49,849 nt of DNA from a bacterium (lineage in GTDB: Bacteria > Bacteroidota > Ignavibacteria > UBA10030). Positions 15,075 to 24,700 of this stretch are shown piece after piece; within the stretch, counting starts at the first letter, position 1; each line of letters begins with the position of its first letter. The notes beneath the pieces are model-generated. The model was given only the letters and a program-made list of their open reading frames with translations. It ran no database searches and was not told the DNA's origin. Location of the stretch: positions 1-49,849 of the forward strand of contig QYQB01000173.1 of NCBI GenBank assembly GCA_007280275.1, given 5' to 3'. The translations under genes and the position numbers were made by a program.

Positions 15075-15114
15075 AGTGCCCGGAATCCAATCGCGGATCC
15101 GGGCACTCTTTTTA
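15075..15114. terminator. Intrinsic terminator between convergent genes (pilX-like and glgX)
   Basis: agtgcccgga-atccaatcgcgga-tccgggcact followed by cttttta. Confidence 0.75.
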
Positions 15115-15172
15115 TCTGCTTCAGCCCCCTTGCTCACCAGGTTTTCGTCGTGGAGCGCGAGGTACCGTTTCT

Positions 15173-17281
15173 TCACCGCTGAATAAGGCCTACCAGCGAT
15201 CTCGCCAGCACCACATAGGAGTCCTGGACGGCCATGCCTCTCTCTTCATGCAAGTCTGCGATATCTTCAGGGCTCTCGAGAGACGTATCCAGTAGTCTGC
15301 ACCATCGCTTCCCATTAGCAATCGCGGGGAGTTGGAATGTGAGCTGGTCCGAGTGCGCGTTGAACATGAAGAAAAGATCAGAGTCCTGTCCGTCAAATTG
15401 AAGCTCAACTGCGATCGACTTCGAGTGCCACGACCAGTCCGGCTGCTGAAGCTGCACACCATGCCAAATGATTTTGGGTGTCTGGTGGGATCCCTGCCCG
15501 ATGAATTCTTTCTGGCGGAACAAGGTGTGGCTCCTCCTGAACTCAATGAGGCGCCTGAAGAACCGGAGCAGATCTTTGTTGCTTTCCGCTTTGTCCCAGT
15601 CAAGCCAGCTCACTTCGTTGTCCTGACAATAGGCATTGTTATTGCCCCGTTGCGTACGTCCGAATTCGTCTCCTGCCGAGATCATCGGAACGCCCTGCGA
15701 CAAGAGGAGTGTCGCAGCCATGTTCCTGATCTGTCGCTTGCGGAGATTCAGGATCTGCCGATCTGAGGTCGGTCCGTCTTCCCCGCAGTTCCAGCTGTCG
15801 TTCCCGTTTTGTCCGTCGCGATTCTGTTCGCCGTTTGCTTCATTATGCCTCTCGTTGTATGACACCAGATCAGCGAGCGTAAACCCATCGTGGCTTGTGA
15901 CAAAATTGACGCTGTGGAACGGTGCCCGTCCGCTGCCCCGATAAAGGTCGGCACTGCCGCAGAATCTTGTCGCCAGCGGGCGGACCATATCAGGACTCCC
16001 TTTCCAGAATTGCCGGACATCGTCCCGGAAGCGGCCGTTCCACTCGGCCCACCGCCCCCAACTTGGAAAACTCCCCACCTGATACAGACCCGCAGCATCC
16101 CAGGCCTCGGCGATCAGTTTCACATTTGCCAGAACGGGATCCGCGGCTATTCGTTCGATAAGCGGGGGATTTGCGAGAACACTGCCGTCAGTCCCACGAC
16201 CGAGGATGGAGGCAAGGTCAAACCGGAATCCGTCGATGTGCGTCTCCGTCACCCAGTACCGGAGCGAATCGAGAATCAGATCCCTGACGACCGGATGGTT
16301 GCAGTTCATCGTGTTGCCACACCCGGAGAAGTTGAGATACCTGCCCGTGTCCTGATCGGTCAAATAGTAGATCGAGTTATCGAGTCCGCGGAACGAGAAC
16401 GTGGCCCCTTGCTCGTCACCTTCACCTGTGTGGTTGTAGACCATGTCCAGAATGACTTCGATACCGGCGTCGTGAAATGCCTTCACCATCGCTTTGAATT
16501 CACGGACTTCCCCACCGAGGGATGGATTCGACGCGTACGATGCTTTGAGCGCAAAGAAGCTGATCGGGTGGTAACCCCAGAAGTTGAGCAGCTGTTCTCC
16601 GTTTTCGGGGTTGCGTACCAGGCAATCCGTCTCCAGAAAATCAGTCACCGGCATCAACTCGACAGCTGTCACACCTAGGTCCTTCAGATACGGTATCTTC
16701 TCCGTCAGGCCATGGAACGTCCCGGGATGGTCAACGCCGGATGAGGGATGGCGGGTGAAACCGCGTACGTGCAATTCATAGATGACTGAGTCAGCCAGAT
16801 GCCGGTTGAGAGGCTGGTCAAATTTCCAGTCATACTCGGGATCGATAACACGGGAGCGTCGGAGCCATGCTGCCTGGCGATCGGCACGTCCCCGGCCCCA
16901 GATTTCTCCGCCGGTCAGTGAACGGGCATACGGATCCACCAGGACCTTATCGGTATCGAACCGGTGAATGTGGGGTCTTGGATTTCCCGTCATCCCCGCC
17001 CGGAAGCCGTACTCGATGCCCGGATCGAGACCACGGACGCACGCGTGCCAGATATCACCGGTCTTGTTGTAGCGAGAATCGAGCGGGAATTCCGCCAACG
17101 GATCAAGCTGACCGGGAGCGAACAGAACAAGACTGACATCCGTTGCGTGTTTGGAGAACAGGGAAAAATTGATTCCGCCCCGCACAGACGTCGCTCCTAT
17201 GGGAAGCGGCTCCCCCCGTGCAATTTCGAATTGCTCAGTCACAACATCCAGTATCGATACTTTCGATTTCGTCGTTGCCAT
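15173..17281 (-). CDS. glgX: Glycogen debranching enzyme GlgX (GH13 isoamylase-type)
   Basis: GH13 conserved regions are present: VILDMVYNHT, IDGFRFDLASILGR, LIAEAWDAAG and NFVTSHDGFTLADLVSYNERHNEANGEQNRDG. The N-terminus ...PLPIGATSVRGGINFSLFS is like E. coli GlgX. The start is ATG 17281 or the listed TTG 17326. Confidence 0.93.
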   Translation of the reverse strand: MATTKSKVSILDVVTEQFEIARGEPLPIGATSVRGGINFSLFSKHATDVSLVLFAPGQLDPLAEFPLDSRYNKTGDIWHACVRGLDPGIEYGFRAGMTGNPRPHIHRFDTDKVLVDPYARSLTGGEIWGRGRADRQAAWLRRSRVIDPEYDWKFDQPLNRHLADSVIYELHVRGFTRHPSSGVDHPGTFHGLTEKIPYLKDLGVTAVELMPVTDFLETDCLVRNPENGEQLLNFWGYHPISFFALKASYASNPSLGGEVREFKAMVKAFHDAGIEVILDMVYNHTGEGDEQGATFSFRGLDNSIYYLTDQDTGRYLNFSGCGNTMNCNHPVVRDLILDSLRYWVTETHIDGFRFDLASILGRGTDGSVLANPPLIERIAADPVLANVKLIAEAWDAAGLYQVGSFPSWGRWAEWNGRFRDDVRQFWKGSPDMVRPLATRFCGSADLYRGSGRAPFHSVNFVTSHDGFTLADLVSYNERHNEANGEQNRDGQNGNDSWNCGEDGPTSDRQILNLRKRQIRNMAATLLLSQGVPMISAGDEFGRTQRGNNNAYCQDNEVSWLDWDKAESNKDLLRFFRRLIEFRRSHTLFRQKEFIGQGSHQTPKIIWHGVQLQQPDWSWHSKSIAVELQFDGQDSDLFFMFNAHSDQLTFQLPAIANGKRWCRLLDTSLESPEDIADLHEERGMAVQDSYVVLARSLVGLIQR

Positions 17282-17566
17282 CTCCGTTTCTGTGAGGGGT
17301 GATTCCAACCCTGCCGACTGCTCCAAGGAAGGTTAGCAAACGATTTCTTAAACTACAACGAGAGGAAAAGCCCCGGCGCACTACAACAAGTGATGGCCGA
17401 CACCCCGGACCAGGAGGACCTCTCTCGTGGACAAAGAAAAGGCACTTCTTGCGTATGTTTTTTTGCCTCCTCCGTCGGGTTCTGGGCCGGTTGCGCCTTC
17501 ACATTGATTCCCCCGCTTTTTTTTTGCACCTTGAATCAAGAAGGGAGCCGAAAGGCACAAACCGAG

Positions 17567-18166
17567 ATGGTGGCACGGATCAAACAAGTTATCTTGGCGG
17601 TTTTCAGACCAGCGAGGGACTTCTTCATCAAGCATCCCGCGGTTCTCTCCGGGTACATCATCTATGCCTACTTTTTCATCACGACGATGAGTTTTTATCG
17701 TGACATGAAGGAATCCCATTTCAAGTCGTTCAACATCATTGAACGATTCGATGCACTCATCTGGATGTGGCTTCTTGCGGTTGTGCTGGTCAAGGTCATT
17801 GAGTACCGTCATCGCCTGAACGAGGAGGAGAAGGCACGTCTTGTACGAGAAAAAGAGCTGGAGGTCAAGAGCGCCCAGCTCGAGACGGCTCATCAGATGA
17901 TACGTACGCTGCAGCACCAGATCAACAACCCCCTGACGATTATCCTCCTCTACGTGCAGCGTGCGCTGCGCAAGGGAGAGGCCAGCCCGGAAATTCTTCA
18001 GAACCTTTCCGAAATCAAGACCAGTGCCGAGCGGATCGCCGCAACGCTCACGGCCTTTGCGAACGCGCAAGGGATCGAAACTGTGGACTCGCCTGTCGGC
18101 GACCTCATCACACTGCGCAAACAGGATGACCCAGCACGAACAATGGATGAAACAAGCCCTTCGTGA
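17567..18166 (+). CDS. Membrane protein with a coiled coil and a HisKA/DHp-like H-box but no ATPase domain
   Basis: The likely start is MVARIKQV..., because the upstream part of the listed ORF is Cys/Phe-rich and implausible. Two hydrophobic helices are present. The H-box LQHQINNPLTIILLYVQ is followed by a second DHp helix, and the protein ends about 45 aa later. Confidence 0.55.
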   Translation: MVARIKQVILAVFRPARDFFIKHPAVLSGYIIYAYFFITTMSFYRDMKESHFKSFNIIERFDALIWMWLLAVVLVKVIEYRHRLNEEEKARLVREKELEVKSAQLETAHQMIRTLQHQINNPLTIILLYVQRALRKGEASPEILQNLSEIKTSAERIAATLTAFANAQGIETVDSPVGDLITLRKQDDPARTMDETSPS

Positions 18167-18593
18167 GGCCGAGAAGGCGTACGAGCAGGATGAAGTTCCC
18201 GTCGGTGCAGTCGTGGTTCACAAGGGGAAGGTCATCGGGCGCGGTCATAATCAAATTGAGCGCCTGCAGGATCCGACGGCACACGCAGAGATGATTGCGA
18301 TAACGGCCGCCACGAACAATCTTCAGTCACGGCGGCTCGAAGAATGCACTCTCTATGTCACCCTCGAGCCATGCCCGATGTGTGCCGGAGCCATCGTACT
18401 GTCGAGAATCCCCACGCTTGTCTTTGCCACGTTCGACCCGAAAGCCGGCGCCTGCGGCACCCTCTACAACATTGTCCACGACAAACGGCTGAACCATTCG
18501 GTCCACGTCATTTCCGGTGTGTGTGATCGGGAAAGCGGGGAGTACTTGAAGGGTTTTTTCGGGAGGGTGCGAAAAATCGTGCCGCGAACGTGA
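18126..18593 (+). CDS. tadA: tRNA adenosine(34) deaminase TadA
   Basis: MTQHEQWMKQALREAEKAYEQDEVPVGAVVV..., the zinc site HAEMIAI...PCPMCAGA, and the C-terminus ECSELLKxFF-like (GEYLKGFFG). It overlaps the upstream gene by 41 nt. Confidence 0.92.
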   Translation: MTQHEQWMKQALREAEKAYEQDEVPVGAVVVHKGKVIGRGHNQIERLQDPTAHAEMIAITAATNNLQSRRLEECTLYVTLEPCPMCAGAIVLSRIPTLVFATFDPKAGACGTLYNIVHDKRLNHSVHVISGVCDRESGEYLKGFFGRVRKIVPRT

Positions 18594-18603
18594 CGCGTGT
18601 CGA

Positions 18604-19671
18604 TCAAACTTCGGCCTGGAGTTTCTCCGCTCTGTCTGCAACGCGTATCTTTTCAATCAGCCCGTCCAAATCACCATCGACGACGCCAGAGAGATTGTAG
18701 AGCGTCAGTCCGATCCTGTGGTCCGTAATCCGGTTCTGAGGAAAGTTGTACGTGCGGATCTTATCGCTACGATCGCCGCTCTTCACCATCAATTTCCTCT
18801 GGGCAGCAACAGAAGCGGTCTGTTCGTTCAGCTTGACCTCATACAGCTTCGCCCGGAGCATTTTCATGGCGCGCTCACGATTCTGGAACTGCGAGCGCTC
18901 CTGCTGGCAGGCTACCACAATCCCAGACGGCCTGTGCGTGATACGAACAGCGGTTTCGACCTTGTTGACGTTCTGTCCCCCTTTTCCGCCGGAGCGGTAC
19001 GTGTCGAACTGGAGATCGGCGGGATTGATGTCGATCTCGACTTCCTCAACCTCCGGCAGCACGACGACGGAAGCAGCCGAGGTGTGGACTCTTCCCTGTG
19101 CTTCTGTTTCCGGTACACGCTGAACGCGATGAACACCGCTTTCGAATTTCATCGAGCCGTACGCGTTCTCACCTGAAACAGCGAAGACAATTTCCTTGAA
19201 TCCCCCTTTTCCCGTTTCGTTCCAGTCCATCAGCTCGACTTTCCACCCTTTACGTTCTGCGAACCGGGTATACATCCGGTAAAGATCTGAGGCAAAGAGC
19301 GCCGCTTCTTCACCGCCGGTGCCGGCGCGAATTTCCATGATGAAGTTTTTGGTGTCGTTGGGGTCTTGAGGAACAAGGAGCAGCGTCAACTCCTCTTCCA
19401 GTGCTGCCACTAGGACTTTGAGCGTGTCGTACTCGTCCTGCGCGAGCGCTTTCAGCTCAGGTTCGCTCACCGACTCAAGAAGCTCCTTGCTCCCTTTGTA
19501 GTCATTGCTCGCCTTCTTGTACCGTTGATACGAAGCGACGATCGGCTCCAGGGTCCGGAGCTCCCGGCCAAGGTCCCGAAAGCGCTTCTGATCAGCGGCG
19601 ATCGCAGGATCTGATAACAACTGCTGAATCTCCTGCGCTCGCTCTACGATTTTTTCAAGCTTATCAAACAT
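18604..19671 (-). CDS. prfA: Peptide chain release factor 1
   Basis: GGQ motif ([22 protein letters not shown]). RF1-type PxT motif ([18 protein letters not shown]). Start [16 protein letters not shown] at ATG 19671. Confidence 0.93.
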   Translation of the reverse strand: MFDKLEKIVERAQEIQQLLSDPAIAADQKRFRDLGRELRTLEPIVASYQRYKKASNDYKGSKELLESVSEPELKALAQDEYDTLKVLVAALEEELTLLLVPQDPNDTKNFIMEIRAGTGGEEAALFASDLYRMYTRFAERKGWKVELMDWNETGKGGFKEIVFAVSGENAYGSMKFESGVHRVQRVPETEAQGRVHTSAASVVVLPEVEEVEIDINPADLQFDTYRSGGKGGQNVNKVETAVRITHRPSGIVVACQQERSQFQNRERAMKMLRAKLYEVKLNEQTASVAAQRKLMVKSGDRSDKIRTYNFPQNRITDHRIGLTLYNLSGVVDGDLDGLIEKIRVADRAEKLQAEV

Positions 19672-19717
19672 GGAATTGAAGGGAATAGGGCAACAGTACA
19701 TTCATGACAGCACGGAA

Positions 19718-20764
19718 TCAATTGCCTGACACAGCCTGAAGACTCTCAGCCTCTGCCAGCTCTTTGAGGGGGTACTTCCCCGGATCTTCCAGACCGAGAG
19801 CACACCGCAGAGCGACGATCGCCACTTCCACCTGCGATTCGTCCGGTTCCTTTGTCGTGACACGTTGCAGCCAGAGCCCCGGGGCGATCAGGATTTTCCC
19901 CCACCAGGTGGTAGTGTGCTTCGCTGAGAATTTGATGATCTCATATGAAATGCCGCCGACCACAGGGATGAACGGCAGATGCGTGAGCAGGCGCGTCACG
20001 ATGGTCAGCTCGCCAAGCAACCGGATCAAAAGAGCGTCGAGAAAACTGAATGCGAGAATCGCCACAAACATCACGATAAGCAGAAAACTCGTCCCGCAAC
20101 GTGGGTGAAACCGGCTGCGCACGTTCACGACAGGAGGAATGAGCTGATCTGACAGCTCGAATGCGAAGACCGTTTTATGTTCCGCCCCGTGAAACTGGAA
20201 CAGCCGCCGTATCTCTTTTGAAAGGGAAATCGCAAGCAGATATCCCAGGAGGATGCTGATCCGAATGAGGCCGGCGACGAGATTGAACTCCAAAGCCCTC
20301 TGCTCGAGGTGAAAAACCTTCGTCGTTATGACGATGGGCAGGACGAAAAAGATACCCACGCCGAGAGCAAGTGCCAACACCAACGTTCCTGCAAGAGCAA
20401 GCGACGACTGGCTCTTCTTCTGGCCGTTTCCGTTCTTTTTTCCATCCTTGGACTCGACATCCTGCATCGCAACTTCGGCCGAGAAATTCAAGGTTCTGAT
20501 GCCCAGGTACATCATGTCGACCAACCCAACCGCCCCCCGGAGAACCGGCAGCTTGAGGATCTTGTATTTCTCCACAACCGACATGTAGCGTTCCTGCTTG
20601 ACGACGATCTCTCCATTGGCACGCCGCACTGCCGTCGCCACAGAACCGGGGGCGCGCATCATCACCCCCTCGATGACCGCCTGACCTCCAACCTGCATCG
20701 GTTTACTCGGGTCGTAGAGCGGATTTGTCGGCACCCAACTCGATTCTTGATTCTCTGTAGCCAA
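19718..20764 (-). CDS. DUF1385-family membrane protein (commonly linked to prfA)
   Basis: VGGQAVIEGVMMR and FHGAEHK signatures, with several TM helices. The start is uncertain: TTG 20764 (GAGGAG 8 nt upstream) or ATG 20698. The listed TTG 20863 runs through a repeat element. Confidence 0.8.
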   Translation of the reverse strand: MATENQESSWVPTNPLYDPSKPMQVGGQAVIEGVMMRAPGSVATAVRRANGEIVVKQERYMSVVEKYKILKLPVLRGAVGLVDMMYLGIRTLNFSAEVAMQDVESKDGKKNGNGQKKSQSSLALAGTLVLALALGVGIFFVLPIVITTKVFHLEQRALEFNLVAGLIRISILLGYLLAISLSKEIRRLFQFHGAEHKTVFAFELSDQLIPPVVNVRSRFHPRCGTSFLLIVMFVAILAFSFLDALLIRLLGELTIVTRLLTHLPFIPVVGGISYEIIKFSAKHTTTWWGKILIAPGLWLQRVTTKEPDESQVEVAIVALRCALGLEDPGKYPLKELAEAESLQAVSGN

Positions 20765-20799
20765 TTCTCTCTCCTCATTATGATCGGTGTCTAGTGGTC

Positions 20800-20940
20800 C
20801 GGTCGAAAAGTTTGCCACCAAGGCACGAAGGCACAAAGGTTCTTGAAAGTGAAGAAAATTCAAAGATCTTCTTCGTGTCTTGCCAGCCCGCTACGCGTTC
20901 TGGCGGGGTGACTTCGTGGCAAATTCGATGTTTTCGACCG
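20800..20940 (-). repeat. Inverted-repeat element / structured leader (arms 20800..20830 and 20912..20940)
   Basis: On the minus strand, cggtcgaaaa-catcgaa-tttgccac-gaag pairs with cttcgtg..gtggcaaa-c-ttttcgaccg, giving 10-bp plus 8-bp helices. The element lies between a sigma70-like promoter and the DUF1385 start. Confidence 0.65.
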
Positions 20941-20951
20941 CGCTTCTAGAA

Positions 20952-20980
20952 GAATATACCAAAAAGTGACGCGACTTTCA
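20952..20980 (-). promoter_or_regulatory. Sigma70-type promoter (minus strand) for DUF1385-prfA
   Basis: The minus strand reads TTGAAA, a 17-nt spacer, then TATATT (-35 at 20980..20975, -10 at 20957..20952). Confidence 0.5.
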
Positions 20981-21035
20981 ACGCCGCGACCGAAACTGAC
21001 CACAGCGAGATCTCTGCAACCGTGCGAGAGGTTCA

Positions 21036-21148
21036 GTCGAAAAGGGATGCCACAAAGACACGAAGTCCCAAAGTTTTCTGAAAAAGAGGAAACCCAGAAG
21101 ATCGCCTTAGTGTCTTCGCGACTTCGTGGCAAAGCTGTTGTCTTCGAC
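21036..21148 (-). repeat. Second copy of the same inverted-repeat element
   Basis: gtcgaaaagggatgccacaaagacacgaagtc (21036-21067) pairs with gtgtcttcgcgacttcgtggcaaagctgttgtcttcgac (21110-21148). It shares tctagaagcgc(c/g)gtcgaa...tttgccacgaagtc with the 20800 element. Confidence 0.65.
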
Positions 21149-21155
21149 GGCGCTT

Positions 21156-21767
21156 CTAGAGCGAATTCAGCGCAGCAGTAATCGTTCCAAGAAGGATCGG
21201 TGGCTCGGCAGAGTGAGGCGCTCGGGCGGGATCAAAGATGTCGAGCTGGGCTGCGGCTTGAGCGAACTGACCGTTCGCGAAGTAGCTTTGCACGAGCAGC
21301 AGCCGGACGCGCTTGACGGTCACTTTCGCGTCGTGGGAAAAGGTATACGATGGGTTATCAGTCAGAGCGACGTTCGCGTTCGAAGCAGCATCGACAAAAA
21401 CGTTCATCGAGAACAGAGTGAATGCGTTCCCCACCCGAACATCGTTCAGGACGCTCGTTGGGATTCCGGTAACCCCGGCAGCGATCGAGAAATCCCCCTT
21501 CGCCCTCGAGAGGTCGCGTTTGTACATCGATGACCACCCACGGCCGCTGAGGGCTTCACCCCGCACCGCCTGCGTCGAGGCCAGGTTGTATGCGCTCGTG
21601 AAGTTCGTCCCCGCGGAGTCATACCGCTGCGCCTCAAAGTGCTGCCAGCCGAGAGCAAGATAGTCTCTATCAGTCAGCGCAGGACCCGGGCCGGTCGAGG
21701 CTGAATCCTTTGAGCACGCGAGGAGCGTCATGGCGATCGCGACGCTCAAGACCACAATCAACTTCAT
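21156..21767 (-). CDS. Lipoprotein, possibly TPR-like (203 aa)
   Basis: MKLIVVLSVAIAMTLLACSK forms a lipobox, with the start at ATG 21767. The helical sequence has repeats such as LALGWQHFEAQRYDSAGTNFTSAY. Confidence 0.7.
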   Translation of the reverse strand: MKLIVVLSVAIAMTLLACSKDSASTGPGPALTDRDYLALGWQHFEAQRYDSAGTNFTSAYNLASTQAVRGEALSGRGWSSMYKRDLSRAKGDFSIAAGVTGIPTSVLNDVRVGNAFTLFSMNVFVDAASNANVALTDNPSYTFSHDAKVTVKRVRLLLVQSYFANGQFAQAAAQLDIFDPARAPHSAEPPILLGTITAALNSL

Positions 21768-21793
21768 GTGCGGTAACTCCCTGCTGGAAATCC

Positions 21794-24700
21794 TCATTTT
21801 ATGAGCACAAGCCGTTTCGTTGCATTGAAGTGTCTGCTTGATCCAGGCACCGATTCTCTCGCATCAAGCCGATAGAAGTAGACACCGCTCGAGAACGCGC
21901 TCGCATTCCAGTACTCGGTATAGACGCCCGGTTTGAATTGCCGGTCGACAAGTGTCTGCACTTTCCGGCCCAAAGCATCATAGATTGTAATGTTCACTCT
22001 GGACTCGACAGGCACCTCGAAGCGGATTGACGTGCTGGGATTGAATGGATTGGGGTAGTTCTGTGAAAGGCCAAAATCGACAGGCAACGCTTGCTTGTCA
22101 TTTTCGACAGAGACAAGGCTCCCCTGAATCTCAAGGTTGTCGATCATCCATCCCCATCCCGTTGTTCCTGGGTCGGTATACATCCTGAGCCGAATGAACA
22201 CCAGGCTCCCTGCCGGGAACTTGTTCAGAAGGTTCAACTGATGCTTCTTTATGAGAGAAGGACTGCCGTTCACCCGGCTCGTCCAGGCGTTGAGCCAATC
22301 CGGCTCTCTTCGCGAATCATATCCATCTTCCAGCGCGATCCAGTTCGCCCCTTCTTTGGTCGCTTCGACGACACAATAGTCATAGAAATCAGTCGATCCG
22401 TACACAGAGCCGGGCTCGCCCGGCTCGACAATTGCTATCTCATCGAATCGGACAAACGCGTTCGATGCCTGCACGATGATTGGGATGTTCAACGTCAGCG
22501 TGTAGGTACGATTGTTCGAGTAGGGATGCGATGTGTGATAGGCCGGATTGAGAAATCCGGTCGGAGTCTGCAGCGTGAATCCACTCGATGTGAAGTTCGT
22601 CGTGGCCGTGTTGAAATTGTCGACGTAGGACGCTCGCGGGGCCTGGGGAAGGACAACATTCATACCGCGTACCGGCGATCCATATTGCCTGCCTCCCTTG
22701 AATGAAGTGACGCTCATGGTCAGCGATTCCGCTTTCGCAATCTGGAACTGTACGACCGTGTCCTTCACAGCGGCGTTGGATGCGAGGGTCAGAAACTTCG
22801 CTCCCTTGACAAACACGTGTGTCGAGTCATAGCCTGAACGGAGGCTGATGTTGATTGCCAGTGACCCGTCAGGCGCCTGTGCGGGTTTGTTCAGGCGTGG
22901 CGAAAGCGTTGCAGTGACCGGCGGCGCGATCAGCAGCGCCGGGATCTTGACGCTCCAGATTCCCCGACCATGGGTGGCGGCCACGACTTCGTCGTCGGTG
23001 GCGCGCAGCTGCCAGATCGCAACGGCGGGCAGTACATCATTCGCGTACGACCACGACGCTCCGTTGTTCGTGGAGATGAACAGACCGATTTCCGTACCGG
23101 CCCAGATCTCATTTGGATTCTGTGGCATGACAAGGAGGCAATACGTCGCCACGTCCGGGAAGCCATTCGTGCTCGCTGTGCCTGAGCCAAATCCGGAAAT
23201 ATCCTGCCACGTTTGACCGAGATCTGTGGTCCGAAGGATCTTGGGGGCTTTCGCAAACGAGAAGAGCGCATACCCAGTCTTCGGTTGCGTTGGGTGTGTT
23301 GCAAGACCCGAGAGGCGACCGAGCAGTGCGCCGGTGTAGTTGACCGTTGGGCCGAAAGTCACTCCTCCATCCGTTGACACGTGTATCTTCCCGGTTGTGC
23401 CGCTGTTCGACATCCTTATGCCTGCCCACACAGTCTGCGGATCTGCGATCGAAATTTCAGCCTTTGCGCCTGTCCCAAATCCCCAATTCGAGGCTGCGAT
23501 CTTGAACTGAGTCCAGTTTTCGGCGAAGTTGTCGGTTCTCCAGACTCCGGTGCTTCCCACGACGAAGAGCAGGTCTGGGTCGCTGTTTGACTTGCCAATT
23601 TGTGTGATGAAAGGACCAAGACCGCTGCCGACATCAGTGAGATCCGTGGTCGCCGATGCAAAGGTGGAGCCACCATTCGTCGACTTTCGAAGGTCATTGT
23701 AGTACAACGATCCTATCAATTTGTTCCCATCTTTGTAATGCCAGATACTCCCAAAACCGTCACCGCCGATTTTTGCAGTCCACAGAGAGCTGGCCGTTGG
23801 ATCGGCAGGAGAAATCCACGTTCCGTTGTCTTGAGTCCCCCCTATGTACTGTTTGACTCCGGGTTTCTTGTCGACGCCGTAAAACTGGCTTGTGTTGTAG
23901 CCGACATTCGGATTGGCCCAGGTTGTACCGCTGTTATCAGATATGGCAACGCCTCCGTCGCTCCCGTTCACCATACGGAAGCTCTGTGTTGCCTGGCTCA
24001 CAGGGATGATGGTGATGTTGTGATGATCAGCGTGCACATAAGGCTGCGATTGATTCTCGACCCAATTTGTCATGCGGCTTGTGGCTCTTGACCTCCCAGT
24101 GATCATACCGTAGGTGATGCGCACGTTCGATGTCGGGAGGTTGTTTGCATTCCACGTCGCACCGGTTAACAAGCTCGGCCAGAGAGTGTAGATGTTCTTG
24201 TACCGCTCTCCGCCCGTTGTAGCAATACTCGCATTGGGGCCGGCGGCATCGTATGGCACAGCGTGCACAAAGATATACTCGCGCTGAGGGCTAGTGGCAT
24301 CGTAGGGAATGAGCTTGTATACGCCAGAGGAATCAGAATCCCTGAACGAGGCCATCAATTGGCGATTGTTCGTGATATCCCAGAGCTGAAACGGGACGGT
24401 CACGTAATCGAGATATGGATACTGGAAGCTTGTGCCCGCCGTGAATCGGTGAGCCTTCTGGTTCAAGCCAGGTCCAAAACGGACCTCGACCGAGACGTAG
24501 TCGGCATCGACGAGGCTTACCGGCGCGCTCGTCGTTCCATAGAAATCCTTTCCCGTGCCTATACCGCCTCCTGCATAGGGACCACCCCAATTCACAAAAC
24601 TGAGGAAGGGAAAAGTACCGTTTTGCGTAACCTCGAGTACACCTGGGGTCTGGGTGACTCCCGCTGCGATTTGGACCCTGTAGATGTCGAGCCCGCCAAC

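Noticed and set aside
15890-16678. 262-aa plus-strand ORF and several others (15332..15766, 16964..17302) inside glgX
   Set aside because: They are antisense or out of frame relative to a complete, motif-rich GlgX gene. Their composition is Arg/Pro-rich, as is typical of antisense frames in GC-rich genes.
17381-18070. 229-aa minus-strand ORF
   Set aside because: It is antisense to the DHp-domain gene and the tadA start, and has no motifs or SD.
18604-19701. Programmed +1 frameshift, as in release factor 2
   Set aside because: The protein has the RF1-type PxT motif (PET), not SPF. The frame is continuous from ATG 19671. The listed upstream extension ([10 protein letters not shown]) is simply an earlier in-frame start.
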